Shown one piece after another: positions 25,732 through 34,805 of a DNA stretch of 45,159 nt; position 1 is the stretch's first letter; each line of letters starts with the position of its first letter. The notes beneath the pieces are model-generated. The model did not search any database, was not told the DNA's origin, and worked only from the letters and a program-made list of their open reading frames with translations. Location: the NCBI GenBank assembly GCA_035653475.1, contig DASRBU010000137.1, positions 1 through 45,159 on the forward strand, read 5' to 3'. The stretch is from Candidatus Dormiibacterota bacterium. Lineage in GTDB: Bacteria; Chloroflexota; Dormibacteria; Dormibacterales; Dormibacteraceae. The position numbers were made by a program, and so were the translations under genes.

Positions 25732-27981
25732 TTGACGATCACCGCAGCAAGCACACGATCAGGTCCCGGACCCGGCCACTCCGGCGACCGGCTGGGATGG
25801 AGCGCCATTCACATCTTCGACCGATTTGCCCCCGTCCGTAAGGCGCTGCTGTGGGCGCTCGGCTCCGCCGCCGTCTGGGCGGTGCTGGCGAAGCTGCTGA
25901 GCAAGGGCCTCCCGGCCGGGGTGGTCCTGCTTGGAGTCATCTACGGCGCCCTCTACGCCCTGGTGGCCATCGGAATCGTCCTGGTCTACCGGGGCAGCCG
26001 CATCATCAACTTCGCCCAGGCCGAGTTCGGCGTCCTGGCGGCAGTGGTGGCCATCGAGCTCGACGTCACCTACCACGTGAACTGGTTCGTCTCCATGCTG
26101 GTGGGCATCGTCGGCTCGATCGTGCTCGGCATGGTGGTGCAGGGCGTGATCATCCGCCGTTTCCGCAAGAGCTCCCGCCTGATCCTGACCGTGGCGACCA
26201 TCGGGCTGGCCCAGCTGCTGGCCGGCTTCTCCGCCATCATCCCGCTGCAGTTCTGCAACCCGGCCAAGAACCCGGCGTGCATCAACGCCGCCAACCACCA
26301 GAGCTTCAACACTCCGCTTCACGCCAGCGTCTCGGTCTACCCGGTGATCTTCTCGGGCAACGACATTGTCGCCCTCGTCGGGGCGGTGGTCCTGATCACC
26401 GCCTTGGCCCTGTTCCTGCGCTACTCCCGCTACGGGGTAGCCATCAGGGCCGCGGCGGAGAACGGCGACCGGGCCACCCTGCTCGGCGTCCCCGTCCCGC
26501 GGCTCGACACCATCGTCTGGTGCCTGGCCGCCCTCCTTTCGGCCGCGGCCGTTCTGCTGCGGGTGCCGGTGCTCGGCTTCAGCGGGTTCCAGACGGTGTC
26601 CGGCGGCGGGAACGACATCCTGCTGCGCACGCTGGCGGCCGCCGTTATCGGGCGCATGGACAGCCTTCCGGTTACCGCCGTGGCCGCCATCGGGATCGGC
26701 GTGTTCGAGTCCCTGGCCACCTGGACCTTCTCCAACACCGTGTTCGTGGACGCCAGCCTGGTGCTGGTCATCGTGGTCGCCCTGATCCTGCAGCGGGGCC
26801 GCTACACCAGGGTGTCTGAGTCGGAGGGCTCCACCTGGCGATCGGTGGCCGAGGTGCGGCCCATCCCCCGGATCATGGCCGCCCTGCCGGAGGTGCGCTG
26901 GAGCCTCTGGTCGGGACGGGTGGTGCTTCTCGCCGGGGCGCTGCTGTTGCCCTTCGTCATCCCCGGCAGCGACACCTACCTGCTGGCGGCCATCCTGATC
27001 TACTGCATCGTCGGGCTTTCCCTGCTGATCCTGACCGGCTGGACGGGACAGATCTCCCTGGGACAGTTCGGCATCGCCGGCATCGGGGGGGCCACGACGG
27101 CGATGCTCTTCCAGTCCCACGGCTGGAACTTCGCCCTGGCGGTGCTGGTGGGAGTGATGGTCGGGGCCCTGTCGGCCCTGATAATCGGCCTTCCGGCCCT
27201 GCGCATCTCCGGGCCTTTCCTGGCCGTCACCACCCTGGCCTTCGGGATCAGCGTGTGGGCCTACTTCCTCTCGCCCAGCTACCTCACCTGGTTCTCCACC
27301 CCGACGGTGAACCGCCCGACCATCTTCGGCCACGCCTGGCTCGCCACCGATCGGGGGATCTACTTCGGCTGCCTGGTCTGCTTCCTGGCGGTGCTCATGG
27401 GGGTCCGGTCCCTGCGGCGGTCGCGCATCGGCCGCTCCCTGATCGCCACCCGCGACAACGAGGCGGCGGCCAAGGCGGTGGCGCTCAACACCACCCGGAT
27501 CAAGCTGACCGGCTTCCTCATCTCCGGAGCCATAGCCGGCTTCGCCGGAGCCATCTTCGTCGTGCACCAGCGGGGGGTGAACCAGGGCTCATTCAGCGCC
27601 GACATCAACATCGCCCTCTTCTCGATGGTCGTGATCGGCGGGCTGGGGTCGCTGCCTGGCGTGGTCCTCGGCGCCATCTACGTGTGGAGCACCCAGTACT
27701 TCCTCACCGGGGGCTGGGCGTTCATCGCCAGCGGCGGCGGGATCCTGCTCCTGCTGATGTTCCTCCCCGAGGGGCTGGGCGGACTGCTCTACATGCTGCG
27801 TGATCGCATCCTGCGGGTGATAGCCCGCCGGCGGCGCATGGAGGTCCCCGGCCTCATGAGCAAGGCGACCGATGAGACCGGAGCCGATTCCGGCGCCACC
27901 GCCCTGATCGAGGAGATCGCCGCCGAAGGCGAGGGACCCGAGGCCGCCGAGGTGCTGTCACGGGCCGAGGCCGGTCAATGA
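25732..27981 (+). CDS. Fused LivH-LivM branched-chain amino acid-type ABC permease
   Basis: INFAQAEFG and G.AIRAAAEN..RA.LLGV (LivH-like). GQISLGQ, G.FLAVTTLAF and RDNE.AA (LivM-like). Confidence 0.92.
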   Translation: MTITAASTRSGPGPGHSGDRLGWSAIHIFDRFAPVRKALLWALGSAAVWAVLAKLLSKGLPAGVVLLGVIYGALYALVAIGIVLVYRGSRIINFAQAEFGVLAAVVAIELDVTYHVNWFVSMLVGIVGSIVLGMVVQGVIIRRFRKSSRLILTVATIGLAQLLAGFSAIIPLQFCNPAKNPACINAANHQSFNTPLHASVSVYPVIFSGNDIVALVGAVVLITALALFLRYSRYGVAIRAAAENGDRATLLGVPVPRLDTIVWCLAALLSAAAVLLRVPVLGFSGFQTVSGGGNDILLRTLAAAVIGRMDSLPVTAVAAIGIGVFESLATWTFSNTVFVDASLVLVIVVALILQRGRYTRVSESEGSTWRSVAEVRPIPRIMAALPEVRWSLWSGRVVLLAGALLLPFVIPGSDTYLLAAILIYCIVGLSLLILTGWTGQISLGQFGIAGIGGATTAMLFQSHGWNFALAVLVGVMVGALSALIIGLPALRISGPFLAVTTLAFGISVWAYFLSPSYLTWFSTPTVNRPTIFGHAWLATDRGIYFGCLVCFLAVLMGVRSLRRSRIGRSLIATRDNEAAAKAVALNTTRIKLTGFLISGAIAGFAGAIFVVHQRGVNQGSFSADINIALFSMVVIGGLGSLPGVVLGAIYVWSTQYFLTGGWAFIASGGGILLLLMFLPEGLGGLLYMLRDRILRVIARRRRMEVPGLMSKATDETGADSGATALIEEIAAEGEGPEAAEVLSRAEAGQ

Positions 27982-30900
27982 CCGCCGTCGCCGTGCCCGC
28001 CCCCCAGCAGCCGACCGTCACGCGGACCTACGGCCGCTTCGACCCCCGCCGCATAACGGCCCCGTACTCGCTGAGCCCGCTGATCGTGCTCATCGGGCTG
28101 GCTTCGATGGTGCAGCTGGACGGCGCCGCGTTCAACATCCTCGTCCCCGACATCAAGAACAGCTACCACCTCAGCCTGACCGGGGTGTCGTTCATCACCG
28201 CCGTCAGCCTGCCCCTGGGTCTGCTGGTCGACGTCCCCGTCGGCTACTACGCCGACCGGGTGCCCCGTATGCGCATGGCCTGCATCGGCCTGATGCTGTT
28301 CATGGGCTTCTCCGCCCTCACCGGCGTGGCCGGGGCGGTGGCCAGCCTGGGCGTGCTCTACCTGGCCCGCAGCGGGGTGGCGGTGGGCGGCGCGTTCACC
28401 TCCACCCAGAACAGCCTGCTGGCCGACTACTACCCGATCGACATCCGGCCCCGGGTGTACTACGCCCAACGGGCCGCCATCGCCGCCGCCCTGGCCCTGG
28501 GACCGGCCATCGTGGCCGCCTTCGAGCTGTTCTACTCCTGGGAGGTCCCCTTCCTGGTCCTGGCGGCACCCACCCTGGTGTTCATCGTCATGGGCCTGCG
28601 CACCCGCGAGCCCATCCGGGGCCTGCACGAGCGCCGCTACCTGGGCGCCGACGAGGCCACCGCCGAAATCGAGGACGAGCCGCCGACCTTCTCGGAGACG
28701 TTCCGGGTCCTCTTCGCCAACCGGTCGGCCCGCCGCATCTACTACTCGCTGCCCTTCCTCACCGCCTCCGCCATCGGCATCCAGCAGTTCACCAGCCTCT
28801 TCTATCAGCAGATCCTCCACCAGGACGCCTCCCGCCGGGGCCTGATCGTGTCGCTCAGCGTGCCGGGTGAGTTCATCGGCCTGGCCGTCGGCCTGTACGT
28901 GGTGCAGAAGCTGATGGCCAAGGATCCGGGCAGGACCATGCGTCTGATCGCCCTGACCGGGCTGGGCTCGGCGGCCTGCCTGGTGGTCTTCGCCCTGGCG
29001 CCCAGCCTCCCGTGGGCATTCGGGTCCCAGTTCCTCTACTTCGCCATCTCCTCGGCGCTGACCCCGGGCATCTACGCCGTAATCTCCCTGGCCGTTCCGC
29101 CCCGCATGCGGACCCTTGGTTTCGCCACCAGCTCCCTGTGGTTCATCCTCGGGGTCCCGATCATCCCCATCGTCGGGGCGGTGGGCGACCACTTCGGCAT
29201 CCGCATCGGCATGTTGATGTTCGTTCCCGTCTACGTGCTGGGCTCGCTGGTGCTGGCCACGTCGGGCAACTTCCTCAACGGCGACATCGAGAAGGTGCGG
29301 GTCTCGACCCTGGCCCGGGCCGAGGTGCGCAAGGCCAGGGTGGAGGGCCGGGCCAAGCTGCTCATGGTCCGCTCCCTCGACGCCGGCTACGAGGGCGTCC
29401 AGGTGCTCTTCGGTGTCGACCTCGACGTCGAGGACGGCGACATGCTCGCCATCCTCGGCACCAACGGCGCCGGCAAGAGCACCCTCCTGCGCTCGATCTC
29501 CGGCCTGCTGGTCCCGACGGCCGGCGCCGTGCTGTTCGACGGGCGCGACATCACCAGCGCCGACCCCAACCGGATAGCCGAAAGCGGCATCATGCAGGTG
29601 CCGGGCGGCCGGGGCATCTTCCCCGGCCTCACCGTGGCCGAGAGCCTCAAGGTGGCCGGCTGGATGTACGAGGACGACCCCGAGTACTACCGGCAGGCGG
29701 TCGAGACGGTGCTCGGCTACTTCCCGATCCTGCGCCGGCGCTGGAGCACCGCCTCCCGCGATCTGTCCGGGGGCGAGCAGCAGATGCTGTCCCTCGCCCA
29801 GGCCTTCATCGCGCGGCCCCGCCTGCTGATGATCGACGAGCTGTCCCTGGGACTGGCCCCAACGGTGGTCGAGCAGCTGCTCGAGATCGTCAAGGAGATC
29901 CACGACCAGGGGACCACCGTCATCCTGGTGGAGCAGTCGGTGAACCTGGCCCTGCGCCTGTGCAAGCGGGCGGTGTTCATGGACAAAGGTGAGATCGTCT
30001 TCTCCGGCACCACCGAGGAGCTGATGGGCCGCGACGACATCGTCCGGGCGGTGTTCCTCGGGGGGGCCAAGGAGGCCCGGAAGGTCCTGGACGCTGAGCC
30101 CACCGGCTCGGTGGGCAGCGGGGCCCGCACCGCCGCCTCCGCCGGGCCCGCCCTGCCCGGTGCCGCCGCTCCCGCCCGGGCGGGCGAGGCCGCGGCCGGT
30201 GTCGAGCCCCACGCCAATGGCGAGCCCGGCTCGCCCGAGGCCCGCCCGACGGTCCTGCAGGCCAGGGGCATGCGCAAGCGCTTCGGCGGGGTGGTGGCGG
30301 TGGACGATGTCGACCTCGACGTCTACGACGGGGAGATCCTGGGCCTGATCGGACCGAACGGCGCAGGCAAGACCACCCTGTTCGAGCTGATCTCCGGCCA
30401 CCTCCACGCCGACTCCGGCCGGGTGACGCTGTTCGGACAGGACGTGAGCGACTGGCCGGCCCATCGGCGGGCCCGGCTGGGTCTGGGCCGGTCGTTCCAG
30501 GCCGCCCGGCTGTGGCCGGGCCTCACCACCCGCGAGATCGTGTCAGTGGCGGTGACCAAGCGAGTCCACACGCCCGGGGTGATCCAGTCCCTCTTGTGCC
30601 TGCCGACAGTGGGCCGGGCCGAGCGGAGGGTCAACCGCGAGGCGGACGAGGTCCTGGAGCTGCTCGGCCTCGCCCAGTTCTCCGACCTGCTGGCCTCCGA
30701 CCTGTCCACCGGCACCCGCCGCCTGGTCGAGCTGGCCGTCATGGTGGCCATGCGACCGAAGCTGGTCATGCTCGACGAGCCGTCGGCCGGCATCGCCCAG
30801 GCCGAAACCGAGGAGCTGGTGCCGGTGCTGCGGGAGACCCAGGAGCACCTCGACTGCACCATCGTGATCATCGAGCACGACATGGGGGTGATGCGGGCGC

Positions 30901-31019
30901 TGTCGGACCGGATCGTGGCCATGGACACCGGCCGGGTAGTGGTCACCGGCTCGCCGGAGATGGTGCTCAACCACCCCTTGGTGGTGGAGTCCTACCTGGG
31001 TGCCGGCGCCGTAACCTGA
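27978..31019 (+). CDS. MFS domain fused to LivF-like and LivG-like ABC ATPase domains
   Basis: N-terminal ~440 aa MFS-like (GYYADRVPRMR motif A, SLLADYYP...RPRV). Then GTNGAGKS/LSGGEQQ/MIDE/VEQ and GPNGAGKT/LSTGTRR/MLDEP/IEHD. Confidence 0.9.
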   Translation: MTAVAVPAPQQPTVTRTYGRFDPRRITAPYSLSPLIVLIGLASMVQLDGAAFNILVPDIKNSYHLSLTGVSFITAVSLPLGLLVDVPVGYYADRVPRMRMACIGLMLFMGFSALTGVAGAVASLGVLYLARSGVAVGGAFTSTQNSLLADYYPIDIRPRVYYAQRAAIAAALALGPAIVAAFELFYSWEVPFLVLAAPTLVFIVMGLRTREPIRGLHERRYLGADEATAEIEDEPPTFSETFRVLFANRSARRIYYSLPFLTASAIGIQQFTSLFYQQILHQDASRRGLIVSLSVPGEFIGLAVGLYVVQKLMAKDPGRTMRLIALTGLGSAACLVVFALAPSLPWAFGSQFLYFAISSALTPGIYAVISLAVPPRMRTLGFATSSLWFILGVPIIPIVGAVGDHFGIRIGMLMFVPVYVLGSLVLATSGNFLNGDIEKVRVSTLARAEVRKARVEGRAKLLMVRSLDAGYEGVQVLFGVDLDVEDGDMLAILGTNGAGKSTLLRSISGLLVPTAGAVLFDGRDITSADPNRIAESGIMQVPGGRGIFPGLTVAESLKVAGWMYEDDPEYYRQAVETVLGYFPILRRRWSTASRDLSGGEQQMLSLAQAFIARPRLLMIDELSLGLAPTVVEQLLEIVKEIHDQGTTVILVEQSVNLALRLCKRAVFMDKGEIVFSGTTEELMGRDDIVRAVFLGGAKEARKVLDAEPTGSVGSGARTAASAGPALPGAAAPARAGEAAAGVEPHANGEPGSPEARPTVLQARGMRKRFGGVVAVDDVDLDVYDGEILGLIGPNGAGKTTLFELISGHLHADSGRVTLFGQDVSDWPAHRRARLGLGRSFQAARLWPGLTTREIVSVAVTKRVHTPGVIQSLLCLPTVGRAERRVNREADEVLELLGLAQFSDLLASDLSTGTRRLVELAVMVAMRPKLVMLDEPSAGIAQAETEELVPVLRETQEHLDCTIVIIEHDMGVMRALSDRIVAMDTGRVVVTGSPEMVLNHPLVVESYLGAGAVT

Positions 31020-31033
31020 GCCGCGTCCCGCCC

Positions 31034-32200
31034 ATGCGACTCCGAGCCGTCCCCGCCGTCTGCGCCGCCGCCATCCTCCTGTCGGCCTGCGCCACCCGGG
31101 CCCACTACGGCGTGACGACCCATATCGACCCCATCAGCGGCACCTGCGACCACGCCCGCAACGTGGAGGTGGGGGCGTCTCTCGACCTGTCCGGGCCCCA
31201 GTCGGCGCTGGGCCACGAGTACCTCACCGGCGTCCAGATGGCGGTGGCTGACGTCAACCGCTCCGGTGGGATCCTCAAGAACCACAGCTGCCTCGAGCTG
31301 CTGTACAAGGACGACAGGGGCGACGGCCACATCGGGGACCGGGCGGTGCTCGACCTGGTCAACGACGAGGTGGTGGCCTTCATGGTCGGGCCGTTCGAGT
31401 CCTCCAGCGTGGCCTTCGCCGGCGCCGACCTGGGGCTGGCCGGGGTGCCGAACACCGACTTCTCCTCCCTCAACCAGCTGCATGCGGCCAGCTCCTATCC
31501 CATGACCTTCGCCACCGCCCCCTCCAACCGGACGACGGCCTCCGCCCTGGTGGCCTACGCCAAGTCCCAGCACTGGTCGCGGGTGGCCGTCGCCGCGGTC
31601 GACGACGTCGGCGGCCGCCAGGCCCTGTCCGACTTCGAGGCGGCGGCCGAGCCCGCCGGTCTGGCCCTGGCCGGGGCGGCCACGATCGACGGGGACGCCG
31701 GGGCCGGGGTGGACCAGCTCAGCAGCACCCGGCCCGATGGCCTGATCGTGCTGGGTGACAGCCTGGCGGTGGGCCCGATCCTGTCGGCCCGGACCCAGGC
31801 CCGATGGACGGTGCCCACGGTGGCCGCGGCGGTGGCGGCGGACCAGGCGGTGGCCGCCCGGGCCGGCACCGGTGTGTCGGTCCTGGTGCCGGCGGCGGCG
31901 GTGACGACCAGCCAGGAGTTCAACCCCGCCCTGCGCAGCTTCGCCGCCCGCCTCAAGCTCTCTACCGGATCGGTGATCCCCTACGCCGAGGCCTACGACG
32001 GCGTCTCGATGCTGGCCTACGCCGCCAACAGCATCAACTCCACCCACGCCGCCAACGTGCGCACCTTCCTCGAGAACGCCAACTACCAGGGCCTGCTCGC
32101 CTCCTACGGCTACACCTCGTCTCGACACACCGGCGTGGCGACCGAGCAGCTGAGCGTCGTGGGCCTGGACAAGCTCTCCGGGGGGCTGTTCGGCGGTTGA
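31034..32200 (+). CDS. ABC substrate-binding lipoprotein (LivJ/LivK-like)
   Basis: Lipobox LSAC, GASLDLSGP..ALG, A.ADVN.SGGI, AYDGV.ML, YQGLL..Y.Y. Confidence 0.88.
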   Translation: MRLRAVPAVCAAAILLSACATRAHYGVTTHIDPISGTCDHARNVEVGASLDLSGPQSALGHEYLTGVQMAVADVNRSGGILKNHSCLELLYKDDRGDGHIGDRAVLDLVNDEVVAFMVGPFESSSVAFAGADLGLAGVPNTDFSSLNQLHAASSYPMTFATAPSNRTTASALVAYAKSQHWSRVAVAAVDDVGGRQALSDFEAAAEPAGLALAGAATIDGDAGAGVDQLSSTRPDGLIVLGDSLAVGPILSARTQARWTVPTVAAAVAADQAVAARAGTGVSVLVPAAAVTTSQEFNPALRSFAARLKLSTGSVIPYAEAYDGVSMLAYAANSINSTHAANVRTFLENANYQGLLASYGYTSSRHTGVATEQLSVVGLDKLSGGLFGG

Positions 32201-32231
32201 TCCGTCCCCCGGTGGGGGATGCTTGGGCGAC

Positions 32232-34805
32232 ATGGTCGGCGCCACCTATCGCATTCAGCTCAGCCCGTCGTTCGGATTCGACGCCGCCGCCGCGGTGGCG
32301 CCCTACCTGGCCACCCTCGGCGTCACCCACGTCTACACCTCGCCCTACCTGCAGGCCGTGCCGGGCAGCACCCACGGATACGACGTGGCCGACCCGACCC
32401 GGCTCAGCGACGACCTGGGCGGCCCGGCCGCCCACCGCCGCATGCTGGACGCCTTCGCCGCCGCCGGCCTCGGCCACGTGGTGGACGTGGTGCCCAACCA
32501 CATGGCCACCCACCCGGCCAACGCCTGGTGGTGGGACGTGCTGGAGAACGGGCAAGCCAGCCCCTACGCCGCCTACTTCGACATCGACTGGGATCCCCCC
32601 GACTCCGAGCTGCGGGACAAGGTCCTGCTGGCGGTGCTGGGCGACCACTACGGGCGGATCCTCGACCGGGGCGAGCTGGAGGTGGCGCCGCACCGCGACC
32701 GGCTGCGGGTCCACTACCACGACCAGGTCTTCCCCATATCCGCCGACTCCCTGGCCGCCCTGACCGCCGAGGGCCCCGGCCCGGGCGCTCCCTCCGGCCG
32801 GGGCCCGGGCCACGGCCCTGGCGACCTGCAGGAGCTGGCCGACCGGCTCAACGGCGACCGCGACCTGCTTCACCGCCTGCTCGAGCTCCAGCACTACCGG
32901 CTGGCCTACTGGCGCACCGCCGGCCAGGAGATCGACTACCGCCGGTTCTTCGACATCCAGACCCTGGTGGGCCTGCGGGTCGAGGAGCCCCAGGTGTTCG
33001 AGGACTCCCACGCCCTGGTTCTGGGCTGGGTGCGGGCCGGCCTGGTGCAGGGCCTGCGCATCGACCACCCCGACGGCCTGGCCAACCCGGGGGCCTATCT
33101 CGAGCGGCTGCGGGCCGCCGTCGGCGAGGCGTGGGTGGTCATCGAGAAGATCCTCGAACCGGGCGAGGCCCTCCCCGATGGGTGGCCGGTCGCCGGCACC
33201 ACCGGCTACGACTTCGCCGCCCGGGCGGGCGGCCTCTTCGTCGACCCTGCCGGCCTCGGTCCACTGGGCGAGCTCCACGCCGAGCTGACCGGCAACGGTG
33301 CCGACTTCGGGTCGGTGGCGCGGGCGGCCAAGCGGGAGGTCCTCGGCGACGCCCTCGCCGCCGACCTGCGCCGGCTGACCGAGTTGGCGGTGCGCGTCTG
33401 CCAGCGTCACCGCCGCTACCGCGACTACACCCGGGCCCAGCTGTCGGCCGCTCTGGTCGGCCTGACGGTGGCGCTGCCGATCTACCGCACCTACGTCGTG
33501 CCTGGCGCGGCGCTGCAGCGGCCGGAGGATGCCCGCTACATAGACCGGGCCCGGGCCGAGGCCGAGGAGCGGTCCATCCTCGGCGGCGCCCAGGGCGGCC
33601 CGCTTCCGGTGGGCCTCGAGGCGACCGAGCTCGACGACGACTTGTGGGACTTCCTCGCCCGGGTGCTCCGGGGCGAGATCCCCGGAGCGGCCGAGTCCGC
33701 CCTCGCCCTGCGCTGGCAGCAGCTCACCGCCCCGGTGACGGCCAAGGGGGTGGAGGACACCGCCCTGTACCGTTACGTGCGCCTGGTGTCGGCCAACGAG
33801 GTGGGCTCCGACCCCGAGCACCCCGCCGTCTCTCCCGAGGAGTTCCACCGGGCCAACGACGAGGCCCAGAGGCTGTGGCCGTCCTCGATGCTGTCCACCT
33901 CCACCCACGACACCAAGCGCTCCGAGGACGTGCGGGCCCGCATAGCCCTGCTGTCGGAGATCCCGGCCGAGTGGGCCGCCACCGCCCGGCGCTGGTTCGC
34001 CCGGGCCGAGCCCCACCGGCGGGGCGGCGCCCCTGAGCCGACGCTGGAGTACCTGCTGTACCAGAGCGTGGTGGGCGCCTGGCCGATATCGACCGAGCGG
34101 CTGGCCGCCTACGCCGCCAAGGCCGCCTGTGAGGCCAAGATGGCCACCTCCTGGACCAGGCCCGACCCGGTCTACGACGAAGGCCTGGCCGCCTTCGTCA
34201 CCGCCGTGCTGGACGACGCCGACTTCGTCGACGACATCGACTCCTTCGTGGCCCCGCTGGTAGAGCCGGGCCGGGTCACCTCGATGGCCCAGACCCTGCT
34301 GCGCCTGACCTGCCCCGGGGTGCCCGACACCTACCAGGGCACCGAGGTCTGGGACCTGAGCCTGGTCGACCCGGACAACCGCCGTCCGGTGGACTTCGAC
34401 CGGCGCCGCCAGCTGTTGTCCGAGCTCGAGCGCGCCGAGCCATCGGGACTGTGGGCCCGGGCGGACGACGGGCTGCCCAAGCTGGCGGTGGTCCGGGCGG
34501 CGTTGGACCTGCGCCGGCGACGGCCGGACTGCTTCGGGCCCAAGGGGGCCTACCGGCCCCTGCCGGTGTCCGGCGGAGCGGGCGGCCACGCCGTGGCCTA
34601 CGTCCGGGGGGAGGACGAGGTGGCGGTCGTTGTCCCCCGCCTGGTGCTCTCCCTGCGGCGCAGGGGCGGCTGGGATCGGGCCGAGGTCGCCCTGCCCGAG
34701 GCGAGGATGAGGGACTTGGTAACAGGGGCCGTTCTCGACGGCGGTCCGACCCCGGTGGCCGAGCTGTTGGAGCGGTTCCCGGTCGCCCTCCTGGAGCGGG
34801 TGTGA
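32232..34805 (+). CDS. treY: Malto-oligosyltrehalose synthase
   Basis: ATYRIQL, GSTHGYDV, DVVPNHM, YRRFFDI, GLRIDHPDGL, AKGVEDTA, STHDTKRSED, LVDPDNRRPVDF. Confidence 0.97.
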   Translation: MVGATYRIQLSPSFGFDAAAAVAPYLATLGVTHVYTSPYLQAVPGSTHGYDVADPTRLSDDLGGPAAHRRMLDAFAAAGLGHVVDVVPNHMATHPANAWWWDVLENGQASPYAAYFDIDWDPPDSELRDKVLLAVLGDHYGRILDRGELEVAPHRDRLRVHYHDQVFPISADSLAALTAEGPGPGAPSGRGPGHGPGDLQELADRLNGDRDLLHRLLELQHYRLAYWRTAGQEIDYRRFFDIQTLVGLRVEEPQVFEDSHALVLGWVRAGLVQGLRIDHPDGLANPGAYLERLRAAVGEAWVVIEKILEPGEALPDGWPVAGTTGYDFAARAGGLFVDPAGLGPLGELHAELTGNGADFGSVARAAKREVLGDALAADLRRLTELAVRVCQRHRRYRDYTRAQLSAALVGLTVALPIYRTYVVPGAALQRPEDARYIDRARAEAEERSILGGAQGGPLPVGLEATELDDDLWDFLARVLRGEIPGAAESALALRWQQLTAPVTAKGVEDTALYRYVRLVSANEVGSDPEHPAVSPEEFHRANDEAQRLWPSSMLSTSTHDTKRSEDVRARIALLSEIPAEWAATARRWFARAEPHRRGGAPEPTLEYLLYQSVVGAWPISTERLAAYAAKAACEAKMATSWTRPDPVYDEGLAAFVTAVLDDADFVDDIDSFVAPLVEPGRVTSMAQTLLRLTCPGVPDTYQGTEVWDLSLVDPDNRRPVDFDRRRQLLSELERAEPSGLWARADDGLPKLAVVRAALDLRRRRPDCFGPKGAYRPLPVSGGAGGHAVAYVRGEDEVAVVVPRLVLSLRRRGGWDRAEVALPEARMRDLVTGAVLDGGPTPVAELLERFPVALLERV

